Assembly: GCF_006345805.1 (NCBI RefSeq)
Contig: NC_043000.1
Coordinates: forward strand, 15,562,001-15,626,000
Length of the DNA: 64,000 nt
Source of the DNA: Octopus sinensis
Lineage: Eukaryota
Reading direction: 5' to 3'
Every line of letters begins with the position of its first letter. The stretch's first letter is position 1. A model generated the notes under the pieces. The model was not told the DNA's origin, ran no database searches, and worked only from the letters and a program-made list of their open reading frames with translations. The translations under genes were made by a program, and so were the position numbers. Below are positions 36,896-50,569 of the stretch, one piece after another.

Positions 36896-37325
36896 CAGAG
36901 CCGAATTAAGACCCATAGGGGCCCTAAGCAATTAAAATTTTAGTGCCCCCATATATATGTAATTCAAAAATGTAAACGATTATAAACCATCAAATAAATT
37001 TTTAGTTTTCAAAATGCAACAAAACTAAACAGTAAGATGGAAAATAATGGTTATTTTTGCATGTTTCCACTTTATTTATATTTGAAAAATTTTCTCCTAC
37101 TTTTTTATAATTGCAAAGTCTTTGATCAGATCCTCACTATGAGGCCGTGAACACTTCGAAATTATATTTCCGATCATATACACCACTTCGAATATTACTT
37201 AAGCAAGTTTAAAGTGATTTCTTTTGTGCCGTAGACCATTTACCATTTCTATGGTACCCACCACCACCACCTTCCTTTGATGCCCTAAGCACTTGTTTAT
37301 TTTGCTTAACGGTTAATCTGGCACA
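36896..37325. mobile_element. hAT-derived internal-deletion element
   Basis: Imperfect TIR-like ends cagagccgaattaa and ttaatctggcac with ccctaagca subterminal motifs. Confidence 0.45.
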
Positions 37326-39519
37326 GTGGTTTACGCATAGCACTATTGCATATATATTAAGAGCTGATTATTGTTCTTAGATGAGGTTACTCTCCGTTAT
37401 CAGCTTAGCGGCATTTATCTATCGTCTCAATGCCTGCAAAATTATTTTTGCAGGCATAGGAGTGGCTGCTTACGAACTACATGGTTCCGGGTTCATTCCC
37501 ACTGCGTGGCACCTTGGGCAAGTGTCTTCTACCATAGCCTCAGGCCAAACAAAGCCTGTGAGTGGATTTGGTAGACAGAAACTGAAAGAAGCCCGTCGTA
37601 TGTGTGTGTGTGTGTGTATGTTTGTGTGTCCGTGTTTGTACCACCAACATCGCTTGACAACCGATGCTGGGCATCAGAAAATCTCATTCAGTCCTGCACA
37701 TATACATATATGTGCAGATGCTTGGTCGACATTGATCGATGGAGGCCCTACAAATCCTAAGTACGCAATACCCGAAAAAATGCATGATGATGGCTGGGAC
37801 GCTTTTGATTATAGTCAAGACTGATATGGGTCCAAACCAGGGCCGTCTCAGCAGTATTATAAGCCCCTGGGCAAATATTGCACTGAACCTTATAGTATAA
37901 ATATACTATAAGGCACAGTAGAATGCAAGCCACAACATACATAGATCACATTTGGGCTCCTAGACCCGTTAAAGTATCCAACATGCTCGTATGGCAACTA
38001 TAACAACCAAGTGTTATATAGGAATCCTTTACAAATTTCCCTTAAATCACAATCTGTTGTCCTAAAAGGGGGTGGGGACAGTCTACATAGATGCTAGATA
38101 CCATCAATATATCTGCAAAAAATGGGATAGTCACGATTGGAATACATTTTATCATAAATTTGCTCAGTCAAGACTTACCTGGGGTTATATAAAAACTTTA
38201 ACCTAACTGACGGCATCATTCCCTTTACAGTCAAGCAGTACACTAAAGTGTCTCTACAGAAGTTTGTTCGAATCTATGCAAGCCAATTAGTGCGCCCAAA
38301 TAGGTTGGTAACTTCCTCCCAATCGTTAATTATATCTCCTTCATCATCTTAAGTCTTTCTTCCTTTTCGATAACCTCCAGTACAGTTGTTGTAGAGCCAA
38401 CTATAACCCTTGCCAACTATAACGAAAACAGTATTGTTGATCTTGATCTTTTCATAAGCTTCATCTGTGCTGTTATGTGAAAAAATTGCTGAGAATCAAA
38501 ACGTTTTATTTAGCTCAAATGTTCAGCTTAGTATCAGTATATTTCCTTCAATTGCAAACAGCGCTTTCCAGTTTCCAATCAAAGGCGCTTAAACGGGATG
38601 TGGGGTGAGGGTAACAAAAAATGATTTCATAGCTTTCACCAACACTTTGAAGGTTGAGTTACTCTGATACTTTTTTGATCCTTATTAAGCGATGAAGAAA
38701 TTGGTGGATCCTTGATTTCATTTTTATTAACTGGATCGATGCTGTGCTACTTCTCGCATGCTTCTTTGAAACTGACTTCTCAGATGTCACTGTAAAAATA
38801 TTTGACGGTACATTCATCAGTCGACCCACCACTGACTTGGGTAGGATTTCTCAACATGTCAACAGCGATTACCAGCGGAACAAAATTTTATTGATTTCCT
38901 CAAATGGAGTTATATCTTTAGTTTAAACAGCATCAGTGCAATAATATATATATACTGCTACGAACATAGTGATAAATGGAGTCGATGAGTTTAACATGGT
39001 TGACTCTTTGCTCATATTTACTGTTAAGATGAAACTTCATAAGCACACACCCCACCCACCCGGTTCAGATGAGACGATTGGGGGTGGTTGTTTGGATGCT
39101 GACGATTTGGTTCTGCCAAATAGACATAGACGCAGGAGTGGCTGTGTGGTAAGTAGCTTGCTTCCCAATCACATGGTTCCGGGTTCAGTCCCACTGCGTG
39201 GCACCTTGCGCAAGTGTCTTCTCCTACAGCATCGGGCTGACCAAAGCCTTGTGAATGGATTTGGTAAATGGAAACTGAAAGAAGCCCGTCGTATATATAT
39301 ATGTGTATATGTGTGTGTGTGTATATGTTTGTGTGTCTGTGTTTGTCCCCCCATTGCAAGGTATTGATAAGATTAGCATTAGAAGGAAGATAGAATCGGG
39401 ATTTCATTTAAGGCTATATAATGCATTCGTCACGAGTTTCTTAATATTTTCCAAACAAAATGGTTAGACCATACATATGATATAGTGCCATAATCAAGTA
39501 ACTCCAGGACGAAACAAAA

Positions 39520-40480
39520 TCTTAGGTAAATGTGTGATTCCATGAGATATAGAGAAACAAGTAATAACAGTAGCAACTGTGCTTTTTTCATCAGTTATGT
39601 ATCGGCTGTCATAATTGTAGAACGATAATTCAATGGGCCAAAAAAATCTTATTCCTCGTTTTTACTCTAGTTTTTGTGACTAAATCTTATTAATCTCTGT
39701 TGTATGAAATATTCGCAAAGAAAAATCGTTTGTCTTTTCCTAACACATTTTACGAGAGACAACCTCCTTTTCGGTTGACGAGAAATTTTTTTTACTGGTT
39801 GAGAGAGAAAGAGTTCTGGAGTAGAAAGCAACTGGTTTATTGCATTGTGAAAAGGACACACGGAATTGTAGTTTCAGAAGCATTCGTTTCGGCATACATT
39901 GGAAGTTCAGACCACATAAGTCAGAGAGTAGTATTAGCTATTGAAGTTGTTTAGATGTCTTTCTTTACAATGGAAAAATAAGGTTTAGCAGTGCTTGAAT
40001 TAGTTCACAGAAAGAGGTCATTATAATTGTTAAGTTATTGTTAGATGGCAAGTAATCAACAAAAGCTTTTACTCTGTCAAGATCAGCTTGCCGGGAATTA
40101 TTTTCTATTTTATAGCTAAGTAACAAATGAATTTGTTGGGGAGAAGACATTTGTCATTGTTCAATGTAATGTTGAGACTCTTTAATAAATTGAAATAAAT
40201 TGAGCCAAGTTCCCATCGTGCTCTTGAATAGCTTTACCAATGTTGAGAGAGGCGTGAACTCCTTTGATAGCATTGTTCATATCATTATCCATCATTCTTT
40301 GAAAAATATTTTGAGTGCTAGCTACATCAAAGAGGAACTTTGTAAATTGGAATAATCATCCATCAGCTTAATATCTCCCATTATCATTATAGAATGAGGT
40401 CTGGTAGCATGCTGCTTTTAGATCGAAATCTTCAGTATTAGAAGATAAGACGTGCATCGAGAAAGCTGTGACAATTTATC
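39520..40480 (-). pseudogene. Highly decayed Gypsy/Ty3 pol (RT-RNase H) fragment
   Basis: IFQRMMDN, ITLNNDKC, ETNAS, KPVAFYSRTLS and STEKE motifs in order across frameshifts. Confidence 0.75.
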
Positions 40481-40489
40481 ATTTAGGAA

Positions 40490-41004
40490 TACCATAAATC
40501 CTCAAGTATAATCCGCATTTTTTCCCCTAAATTTAAAGGTCAAAATCTCTAGTGTGTACTATATACGAGGTTAAAAATGAAAAATATTTTCTAAGCATTG
40601 TCCGAGTCTCTATTTGCTGTCTGGCAATGTTTATTCAGAAGTATTTTGTGATATCAGGTGTGAAAATACCTTAAGCTAAGCCTGAAAGCAATGAAGAATC
40701 ATCCATAACTTGCAGTGAGCAACATTTATTAAAATAAAAGTATTCAGAACACAGAATAACATGTAACAAACACAATTTGCAAACATTTACATTCCCATAT
40801 AACAGTTAAGAACACCACCATTATTGTATTACGCATGCGCGAAAGTGTTTGTTCGACTAGTTGCTGCTGGCTTAATTACACATGACTCAAGTTAGAGAAG
40901 GGGTGCGTATTATACACAAGGTTTAGGTTTTTCAGAGGTTCACCCCCATAAAAATCCCCTGCGTATTATACTCAAGGGCAGACTATACTCGAAGATTTAC
41001 GGTA
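40490..41004. mobile_element. pogo/Tigger-like MITE
   Basis: ~27-bp imperfect TIRs: taccataaatcctcaagtataatccgc and the reverse complement of gcagactatactcgaagatttacggta. Confidence 0.7.
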
Positions 41005-41934
41005 GTCGCTAGCAAGGATGTTGATAATCATAGTATTTTTTCCTTCTGTTATATGTGTTCGCTTGAAAAGACTGAGGCCTCAATATAATACCATTATTTT
41101 CAGCAGACGTGGACTACATGAGACATGGCTCATTATCAGACGGGTCGCACTGGCATGCCATTCAGAAAGTCCCGCAGGTCGCGGACCTAAAAGCAATTTT
41201 GTCTTTTTAAAAAACATTTGAAGTTGAGGAAAGTGGCGAGATTTAGCACCTAGTTTCAATCCTTTCTATAGATGTGAGAAACTCCGAGGGGGAGTCACCA
41301 ACATGGAAACAAGTTGAGCAGCAATAAGATTGTTAATAATCATCTGAATTCAAATTTATTGTTTAAGTCTTGCTTCAGAGTTATTGAGGAACACAGGTTA
41401 GGCAAAACATTTAGAAGCAGATTTTCATTAAAGAAAGAATCATGACGTGTTTGAAACATAAAGAAATAGTTTGCTTGGGAAGTCAATTCAAAGACATTGC
41501 TGAAATGGGTGTGAAAGCATTGTCACATATGAAATCAGAGACACAATCTGGGTCATGTTTATATGTTGATTAGCCCTATATACATTGATTCTTTTTTTAA
41601 GTTTATTTTTTTTATGTGCTTGTGTAATTGAAATTAGAGATGCTGATGTTATAATTCTCTTTGGTTAACAAGTTTGTTGCAGCTGTGGCAGTAGTGTCTA
41701 TATGGACACTGTTTTTACTGCAATTCCAGTTATGGTGCTGAGAGGGAGAGAACATCTGTATATATAAAAGGCAGTGTGTGTGTGTACGTGAATGTAATTT
41801 ATGCATGTCCACAAATTAGCACGCATGTCGCTCCAATTTTAGGAGGACATTCCTCATGACCCTAGCTGTTTTTTGTCAACTTATTTTTCCCAGAGGCACC
41901 AGCGAATAGCACACACACACTCACACACACAAAC

Positions 41935-43682
41935 ATCATCATCATCATCGTTTAACGTCTGTTTTCCATGCTAGCATGGGTTGGATGGTTCAACTGGGGT
42001 CTGGGAAGCCAGGAGGCTGCGCCAGGCCCAGTCTGATCTGGCAGTGTTTCTACAGCTGGATGCCCTTCCTAACGCCAACCACTCCGAGAGTGTAGTGGGT
42101 GCTTTTTATGTGCCACCTGCACAGGTGCCAGACGAGGCTGGCAAACGGCCACGATCAGATGGTGCTTTTTACGTACCACCGGCACGGGGGCCAAACGAGG
42201 CTGGCAACAGCCACAATCGGATGGTGCTTTTTACGTGCCACCGGCATGGAGGCCAGTTGGGGCGGCACTGGCAACGGCCACGTTCGGACAGTTCTCTTAC
42301 GTGCCACAGGCACTGGTATCTCAGCTACAATTTCCATTGATGTTGAAAGATTTCGATTTTGATTTTGATTTTCACTTGCCTCAACAGGTTTTCACAAGTA
42401 GGGTTTGTTTCACAAGAAGGAACGGTAAGCATAAGTGGGCTGGCTATGTCTCAGGTAGAGGCCACGGGTTATGGTCTCACTTGTCCTGCCGAGTCTTCCC
42501 ACGCACAGCATACTTCCAAAGGTCTCGGTCTCTGGTCATTTCCTCAGTGAGACCTAAAGTTCGAAGGTTGTTCTTCAACACCTCGTCCCAGGTTTTCCTG
42601 GGTCTACCTCTTCCACAGGTTCCCTCAGCCGCCAGGGTGTGGCACTTTTTCACACAACTATCTTCATCCATTCTCGCTACATGACCATACCAGCGCAAAC
42701 GTCTCTCTTGCACACCACAACTGATGCTTCTTAGGTCCAACTTTTCTCTCAAGGTACTTACATTCTGTCGAGTATGAACACTGAAATTACACATCCATCG
42801 GAGCATACTGGCTTCATTTCTTGCGAGCTTACGCATATCCTCAGCAGTCACAGCCCATGTTTCACTACCATGTAGCATGGCTGTTTGTACACATGCACCG
42901 TACAGTCTGCCTTTTACTCTGAGCGAGAGGCCTTTTGTCACCAGCAGGGGTAAGAGCTCTCTGAACTTTGCCCAGGCTATTCTTACTCTAGCAGTTACAC
43001 TTTCAGCACACCCACCCCCGCTACTGACTTGGTTGCCTAGGTAATGGAAGCTATCAACTACTTCTAGTTTTTCTCCCTGGAATGTGGCGGAAGTTGGTCT
43101 CTGAGCATTTTCAGTGTTTATTGCTCCTGAGCATCTGCCACATACAAAAACTATCTTCCCAGTTAGCCTTCCTTTGACATTGCTGCACCTCTTATGTGTC
43201 CATAGCTTACACTTGGTGCATCTTATAGAATTTCTACCTACGCCTTTTCTTCAGATCGAGCAGGGCCATCTACCTGAAAGCGTTTGTGATCTGCCTGCCT
43301 TCCTACATATTAAGACTTTGATTTTAGCTAGGTTGATTTTAAGGCCCTTCGATTCTAATCCTTGTCTCCACACTTGAAACTTTGCCTCTAGTTCTGATAG
43401 TGACTCAGCAATTAGAGCAAGGTCATCAGCATAGAGGAGCTCCCAGGGGCATCCTGTCTTGAATTCCTCCATTATTGCCTGGAGGACTATGGTAAATAGG
43501 AGGGGGCTGAGGACTGAACCTTGGTGGACCCCTACCTCTACTTTGAATTCTTTAGTGTACTCGTTGCCAACCCTCACCTTACTTACAGCGTCTCTGTACA
43601 TGGCTTGCACAGCTCTCACTAACCATTCATCTATCCCTAGTTTCCTCATTGACCACCAGATAAGGGATCGGGGGACACTGTC
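41935..43682 (-). mobile_element. 5'-truncated RTE-clade LINE (RT, C-terminus, 3'UTR array, (GAT)n)
   Basis: GVHQGSVLSPLLF, LLYADD, FHYLG, MLHGSETW and GRGRPRKTW motifs. Confidence 0.95.
42477..43682 (-). pseudogene. RTE ORF2 remnant, 402 codons with one in-frame stop (43251-43253); contains a PHD-like finger
   Basis: ORF-track entries 43251..43757 and 42477..42941 share a frame; manual translation between them found no other stop. Confidence 0.9.
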
Positions 43683-44287
43683 ATGTATGCATAAAAAACA
43701 TGTATATACATGTGTATATGTGTGTGTTGCCCATATATATATGTAAACCAATTTCAACAGATTTTGCCCAAATTTGATGTCGATGTTACTTTGCTTTGAA
43801 ATAAAGAACTTGATTAGCTTAATAATCCTAACTTAATCCCAGGCAAAGCCAGGTTATACAGCTAGTCGATGATAAAACTCTATGCTTTATCCATGCAGCT
43901 GCCAGAGGTCAAGCTTGGGCAATTGCCTATTTCAAATTCAATAAAAAAAACAGTTAGGCGAGATCCTGGAAATAAATGAATCTCCAATACTTTCCTTTCG
44001 ATATTCATCAGCAGCTATTACCTGAAACTTACAGTGTTTGGCGAGGCTGCAGAATATTGTGACAGATTCATTGACTCCATCTTGTTGATGTTTACGTGAC
44101 TGCAATTGGAATCTGCAAAAACTTGTATCGTACTGTTTAATAAGATGTGATCGAATTTAACTACTACAGTATTGTAGTTAATGCAATCTATAATATGGCT
44201 GAAGATTGCAGAGGAGTTAGAGTTCACAAACAGTTGTGTTTTCATCGTTCAATCAAACCTGGGAATTCAATTAGAAATGTTTAAACT

Positions 44288-44692
44288 GGAATCTTTTCAG
44301 TTTGACCGGCAGTTTTTTCTAGCGGTGTCATATGAAATTGCACCCATGATTATGACCCTAGTATCGATCTATTGCATTTCAATCTGTTTTAGGGTTAGGG
44401 GGAAGGGTATCTTTTTTTCTTCACAAATGTAAATAAACCCAATCTGTTTCTTAAACGAGGGACATATTCATACAGCACAGAATGTTTTCACCTCAATAGA
44501 CGTCATTGATTGGTTGAAATTGCAGAAATTAAAGAAAAAAACCAACAAATATCTTACAAACTATAGAATTTCCTCAATAAAGCCAAGAGAAAAAGATGCT
44601 TTATAAACACATTCTACCAGTATACGAAGTTTAAAAGTGTTTAGTTACGTGGAAATTATTAAAAAAAACTGCCGGTCAAACCAAAAGGATCC
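44288..44692. mobile_element. MITE with ~30-bp TIRs
   Basis: ggaatcttttcagtttgaccggcagtttttt and aaaaaactgccggtcaaaccaaaaggatcc. Related internal sequence at ~6430-6730 and ~46140-46380. Confidence 0.75.
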
Positions 44693-45359
44693 TTGAAATG
44701 TAGTTTTCCGTGTACACTTTGTGCTTGAATTTGATAAAATGCCACCAAAATGATATATCAAGAAATTTTTTTTTCATAGTGATTGTTGCTGTTGTAATTC
44801 ATTATGGAAAGAATTGTCTCGGAATATTTTCTGGTTGTGAAAATAATTATTTTCTAGTTTCAGCTAAATAGATTGTTGTCACGACAAACAAGTGCCGATC
44901 ATTGAATCGTTTTATTTAACTCAAACATCCATTTTTCACTGTTCAAGGCACAAGTGCAAACATACATCACAAAGGCACCTGCACTGATCATAACAATAGG
45001 GATTTCATTGCCTTCTTTTTTCTCATCCCTTCAATCTCCCGTTCTCGTTCCCCGTCAAGATGTGCATTCGCAGTGTGCCTTGGAGAGACTCTCCGACTCA
45101 TATTCTACGAACCCAATGCCATCTAAAAATAAGTGTACACTGGACAACTACTCTGAATCTCCACGACTCTAGGGTCCCAATGCTAAATTGTGTATGATGT
45201 AGTTCTTGCTATCGATAATAAAAACTATACTAAGCTATAAATATTTTTGTTGTTCATAATTTTTAGAACAAATTTATTTTTAATTTTATTTTAGAATTTA
45301 CTTTTAGCTTAACTTTGAAGTTAGACAACGTAAATTGGCACAGCTTTTAGATTAGATAT

Positions 45360-47730
45360 TTTTAATGTCCGAGTGGATAACCCTTTGACAGAAATGAAGA
45401 GTACTGTTTTAAGTGAAGCACAGAAGATAAAAGCAGCAAAATAGAAGGAAAAAAATGGGCACGCTTCCAAAAAAATGGCACATTTCCAAAAGTAACATCA
45501 TGATTTAATATAAGTGCAACGTCATCCACCAGTGTTGCCCCTTCACACATAACATCTCCATTTACATCCATGCTTACATTTAATCATCTTGTTCCAGCAG
45601 ATATGCCAATGTTCCTTTACCTGTTCGTGCTACTGGGAACATCCCACTAGAGAAAATACAGACATCTGCAACAGCAAGGCAGTTTGCGATCCAATTCACA
45701 GATCTGAGACTATGGTGCATTAAGACGTAACACAGTGAGTTACTGGATCCGCTGTGAGCCGTCATCGTGTTATAATAACAATAGCGACATTTCAGATTCA
45801 TGTGGAATGTATAATGGAGTTAGAGGAGAGAAAACTCAGACAAGTTTTTTCTCAAAGAATATGTTCAAACGTGATCTGCGGAATGACAAGAGAGCCAAAC
45901 AAGAATGGTTACTCTATTCACCATCCCGAGGTTGTTTGTACTGCTTTGTGTGTTACTTGTCGTCAAAGAGAGAATCTACCATTTGCTATGACAGGATTCA
46001 ATGACGGAAGCTCAACAATGTTTTTGTAGAACACGAAAATAGAAAATAAATATCACAGCATATTTGATTTGACATAAACTAAAGTATAGATTCTGGATCT
46101 GTTCAGTTTCGTTCACAGATTTTTTAATTATTTTTTTTAACTAAGCACTTTGAAACTTTGTATACTGGTGTAATTTCTCACGCTCAATACGGTTTACTTT
46201 CAACTGAATACATGTCATTGACTGGTTAAATTTACCCAAATATGACAACTTTAACACGAAATAACTTCTAATATCCAAAATTTTGTCAAATATGTTGAAA
46301 ATAAACTGTACTGGCTTAAATTGTTGATACTTGTGATTTCTGTAATTCACTTTCTTGCATCCAGCAGTTTACCATTCCGTAGAGATAATCAAAGTATTGG
46401 GTTAGCAAAAAAAAAAAAAAGTGTGGGGTGGGGGGACTATTTAGATATTCCAGAATTTTGAGTAAATTTAATCTTGTCTCAAATACATTCGGACATTATG
46501 CTGGATTGTAATCACGGGCCCAGCAACTGAATTAGTTCGCCATCTGCATCCCTTATGACACACATAGTTTGAACTTGATGGAGGTAAAATTCTTTGAGTT
46601 TGTTCAGCGTCTATGTTCTTTTTTTTATCGCTGTTTCTACAATTTTTATGGAATGTTCTGACATCATCTCCAGGAAAAGATACAGAAGATATTGCAGTGA
46701 AAGAAGTAGATCATATTTTGACACTAAGCTCTGTATAAAGATTTTGAGAAAAATAGACTTGTATGGGTTTCTATTTTAGCTGACACTGAATAGTAAAGAG
46801 GAGAACCAATGCGAAGGCAGAAGGATTGAATAAGAAAATAGAGACCTTAGAAAGGATCTTGGAAGAGTAAACTTGGAAGAGTAAACCAAACAATTAGGGC
46901 TTTGTAATCAGAATATGTGAACATACTTCTTGAATCTCTCAATTTATATTCACTAAACTTACCTTAGAGACATGTTTAGTGAATATGAATTCAAGGTCAA
47001 GAAGTATTCAAATTACAGCGATATGAAAGGAAAAAAAGGGTTGGTGAATACGAAAGAAAGTAAAATGTGTGTCTAAGTAGATATGACAGATCAGAAAAGG
47101 ATGCATTTATTATAAATGCAAAATTGAAGGTGAAAACATTTCTCCAACTTCTGGACTTTCTAAACTCCGAACCGATAAAACATTCTAAAGCTTATTCATT
47201 GATGGGAAATCTGTACTACTTTTTCAGTTAATTGAAAATAATTGGTTCTGATGAGCCGAACAAAAAGTGTGAATACCTGGCTAATCATCATCATCATCAT
47301 CATTTAGCGTTCGTTTTCCATGCTAGCATGGGTTGGACGGTTCAACTGGGGTTTGTGAAGCCGGAAGGCTTCATCAGGCCCAGTCAGATCTGGCAGTGTT
47401 TCTACAGCTAGATGCCCTTCCTAACACCAACCACTCCGTGAGTGTAGTGGGTGCTTAATACCAACTTAATTATGGTGACCTTCTAAACGAATGTGAACAT
47501 CTCAATCACTTCATGATTCTTGAATACAAATTATGAAACTTTCCTTGAATTGTACAGAAAAATAATTTCGGACAACTTGAAATCTGTATTTCCCAATGTT
47601 GAAATTGTATTCTGAAAGTTCGTATGCATGATGGTGACCAATAATTTTCAAAACTTAAACTCCTAAAGAATCAGCTTTGTAGAACATTGGAGCAATAGCA
47701 TATGAATTGGCTTTCACTTGTAACTCGGAG
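45360..47730 (+). pseudogene. Second decayed hAT transposase (TTF/ZMYM1-type Zn finger)
   Basis: EWLLYSPSRGCLYCFVC (~45900), THSLNL..FFEFVQRL (~46560), FPNVEI...MMVTN..FSKLKLLKN (~47590-47670). Confidence 0.8.
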
Positions 47731-48053
47731 AAATGGATTATTGATATTTTGGTTATTTGGTTGGGCTGATTTTGGTTGTGTGCTGTTTTCTCTACAAAAC
47801 CACGTCCACTTTGGATTTCGATGTGATCATTTATTTATGCAAAAGCTTTACAGTAACTGCAATGGTTACTTGCCACGGCTTTCCATTAGAAAATCATGAA
47901 TATATGTTGTGTTTTTTTTACTAAGAATTAGACAACTACTTATTCGTAATGTGAGAGGTGGGAAAATTTTATGTTCATAGTGGATAAATGAGTCCTTTTA
48001 ATCTAGGGCTGAGCAGCGACTAAAAAACTTGTCTTCTCCCAGACCTCTGAAGC

Positions 48054-50569
48054 CTCTCCTTTTCTTTGTTTAGCACCCAGGCCTTAACATAAAGGGGACA
48101 ACACAAGGGCCGACAGAACACCACAGTGGGGACAAAAAGCATAAAACGAATGAAAATGAAAAAAATGTATAATGAAATCGATGATGATGAAATGGTTGCA
48201 CTGAGCTCCACTCTCAAGCAGAACCATTTAACAGTTAATTTGTACAATTGAATAATCATTCTTATACTCTTTTTTTCTTTTTGTATCGTTCTTTTTTTCC
48301 CTCAAACTTTTAAACAGTCTATTTTTCTTGTTTTTTTTAAACAATTTTTCTTACTTGCTTTTTTTTGGCTTCTGTGCCGGTGGCACAGAAAAAGCACCAT
48401 CCGAACGTTGCCAGCGCCACCTTGGCTGGCTTCCGTGCCGCTGGCACGTTAAAAGCTCCAAACGATCGTGGCCAATGCCAGACCCCCCCCCCCCCGGCAC
48501 CTGTGCAGGTGGCACGTAAAAAGCACCCGCTACACTCGCGGAGTGGTTGGCGTTAGGAAGGGCATCCAGCCGTAGAAACTCTGCCAGATCAGACTGGAGC
48601 CTGGAGCAGCCCCTGGCTTCCCAGACCCCGGTCGAACCGTCCAACCTGTGCTAGCACGGAAAACAGACGTTAAACGATGATGATGATGATGATTCATTGA
48701 TGGTTTTAGATCTTCGAAATCCACGACTGGTGGTAGTTCATCAAACTCGATTTCAACCCCCAACGGGTCTATGCTGCTTCCAAACAGTTCTCTCAATTTT
48801 TCAAATCTCTATCTATGATGATTCCTTAAGTTTTTTCAGAGTATTTTTCTGGAGGCAGCCTTACTCTTATTACTGATTTATACATTATAATCTTTTTCTC
48901 TATTGCTATACTTTTGGTATACGTGACCATATGCCACTTGTATTTTTTCCTTTTCACCTCCGCTTGCTTTGGTTCCAGACCTGGGTTGTCCAGGCGCATA
49001 ACAAAATCATGAATGCTGCCTCCTTCCACATCTTGTTGCACTGCTGTTTCTGCCTCTGCGCCGTCTTCCATTATTAATTCTGTTGGTGTCTCGCACCTGT
49101 TTCTCTTCTCTTCCATCTCAATCTCTTTCAACCTTTTTTTTGGCTCTGTGGAGATCTCTCCCGTTCTTTTCTCGTCCTCCTGTTCATGACTGTGAAGGAT
49201 TCCTCCACTATCTGTCTCTGTTACTGGTATCACCACTTCTGCACTCTGTTCTTCACTTTTCTTCTCCTCCTCTTCATTTTCCTTCTGAGGGCACCTTACT
49301 TACATGTGTCCTTTTTTGCCGCATAGGAAACATGTTGGCGGCCATCTTCTACTACTACTCGAAGTCTGGTGTCTTCCGGCAGTATGATTTCCTCTGTGAT
49401 GCCATATAGATTTTTTAAACTCACCTGTATGGCCATCTCAAGGCCATACCCCCACCAATTGACCTTTTTGGTTCCCATTATCGTGAGGATTTTCACCTCA
49501 TCCTCCATATCGTGCATTATGGCTGCCACCAGCCATGCCTCCTTAATTTCGGGGGGCACTCTGCCGATTCTTACTCTGACAACATGTTTGCCACAGTACA
49601 TCGGCAGAAGTACCCATTCTGGTGGAGTGGCTTATGACATCTTCTTCATTGCCAAACCATACTTCCATTGCGCCGCACTTTCTTCCACATGTATAAAAAG
49701 GTCAACTTTTAAACATTTTCAAGGCACTTCTCTATTGCCTCTATCGGGGCAACCTCAATCTTGTTCGAGGACGTGGACAACATCCTGTATACTACCGTCT
49801 TCTTTGCCACATTATTTCTCAATTCTTCTGGAGGAGTCAGCTTTAGATTGGCTCCTTCCTTTACCAGCAATCTGCTTCCTTCCTTCCATTTCTTTGGCTC
49901 AATTTTTATTTCTCGTACTTCAAAGGTGTTGGCATTTATACCTGGCCTTAGTTGACGCTGCGTAACTTCGTCCATTCTCCATCGCTCTTCCTTTCTCAAC
50001 TTCTCCCATAGGTGGGGGATAAACAGATTCAAATAACATGCAGACAAAACATTGACGAAAATCCAACGATATTAACAATTTAACACGGAGAGACTTTCAA
50101 CAAATCTTTATATATAAAAGAGAAGTTGTGTGTCTGTCTCCTACGATTTAGATTCCTAACTACTCCCACATTTTGCGGTGCAGTTTAACCAAAACCTGGT
50201 ATCTTATAGTCGTGATTCATATCGAGCCCTTCTGGGTATTAGCGCGCGTCTACGATGAGTCTACGATTTAAAAAAAAATTTACCATCATTTTTTCCATTT
50301 TAATGCATTTTTTCGCTATTATATAAGGGAAGTAACTCTCTAAAAATGTCTACGATGAGTCAACGATTAAAAAAAAATTACCATCATTTTTTATTCCATT
50401 TTTAATGCATTTTTTGCTATAACTCACTAAAAATGCTTATATAGTTATTTCCCGTACAAGCCCGAGCAACGCCGGGCGATCCTGCTAGTATATAATAACA
50501 ACGTGTAACAATTCGAACTCACGTTAATGAATCTACTACCAACACCCATCTGCGATTTTTCATCTCCAG
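48054..50569 (-). mobile_element. Non-LTR-like element with only a decayed gag-like ORF1, bounded by 29-bp direct repeats
   Basis: RRM-like segments and CCHC knuckle CFLCGKKGHM*VRC (49291-49332); A-rich 3' end; repeats at 48025-48053 and 50570-50598. Nested RTE tail at 48371-48692 and Helitron at 50105-50488. Confidence 0.7.
50105..50488 (+). mobile_element. Non-autonomous Helitron (family 2)
   Basis: A|TC...gcccgagcaacgccgggc...CTAG|T. Confidence 0.85.

Noticed and set aside
46946-46986. 13-bp perfect hairpin
   Set aside because: It is short, AT-rich and inside a decayed hAT, so chance or a local template switch is sufficient to explain it.
47220-47285. CTGATGAG hammerhead-like core
   Set aside because: No GAAA after the putative stem II and only wobble pairing in stem I.
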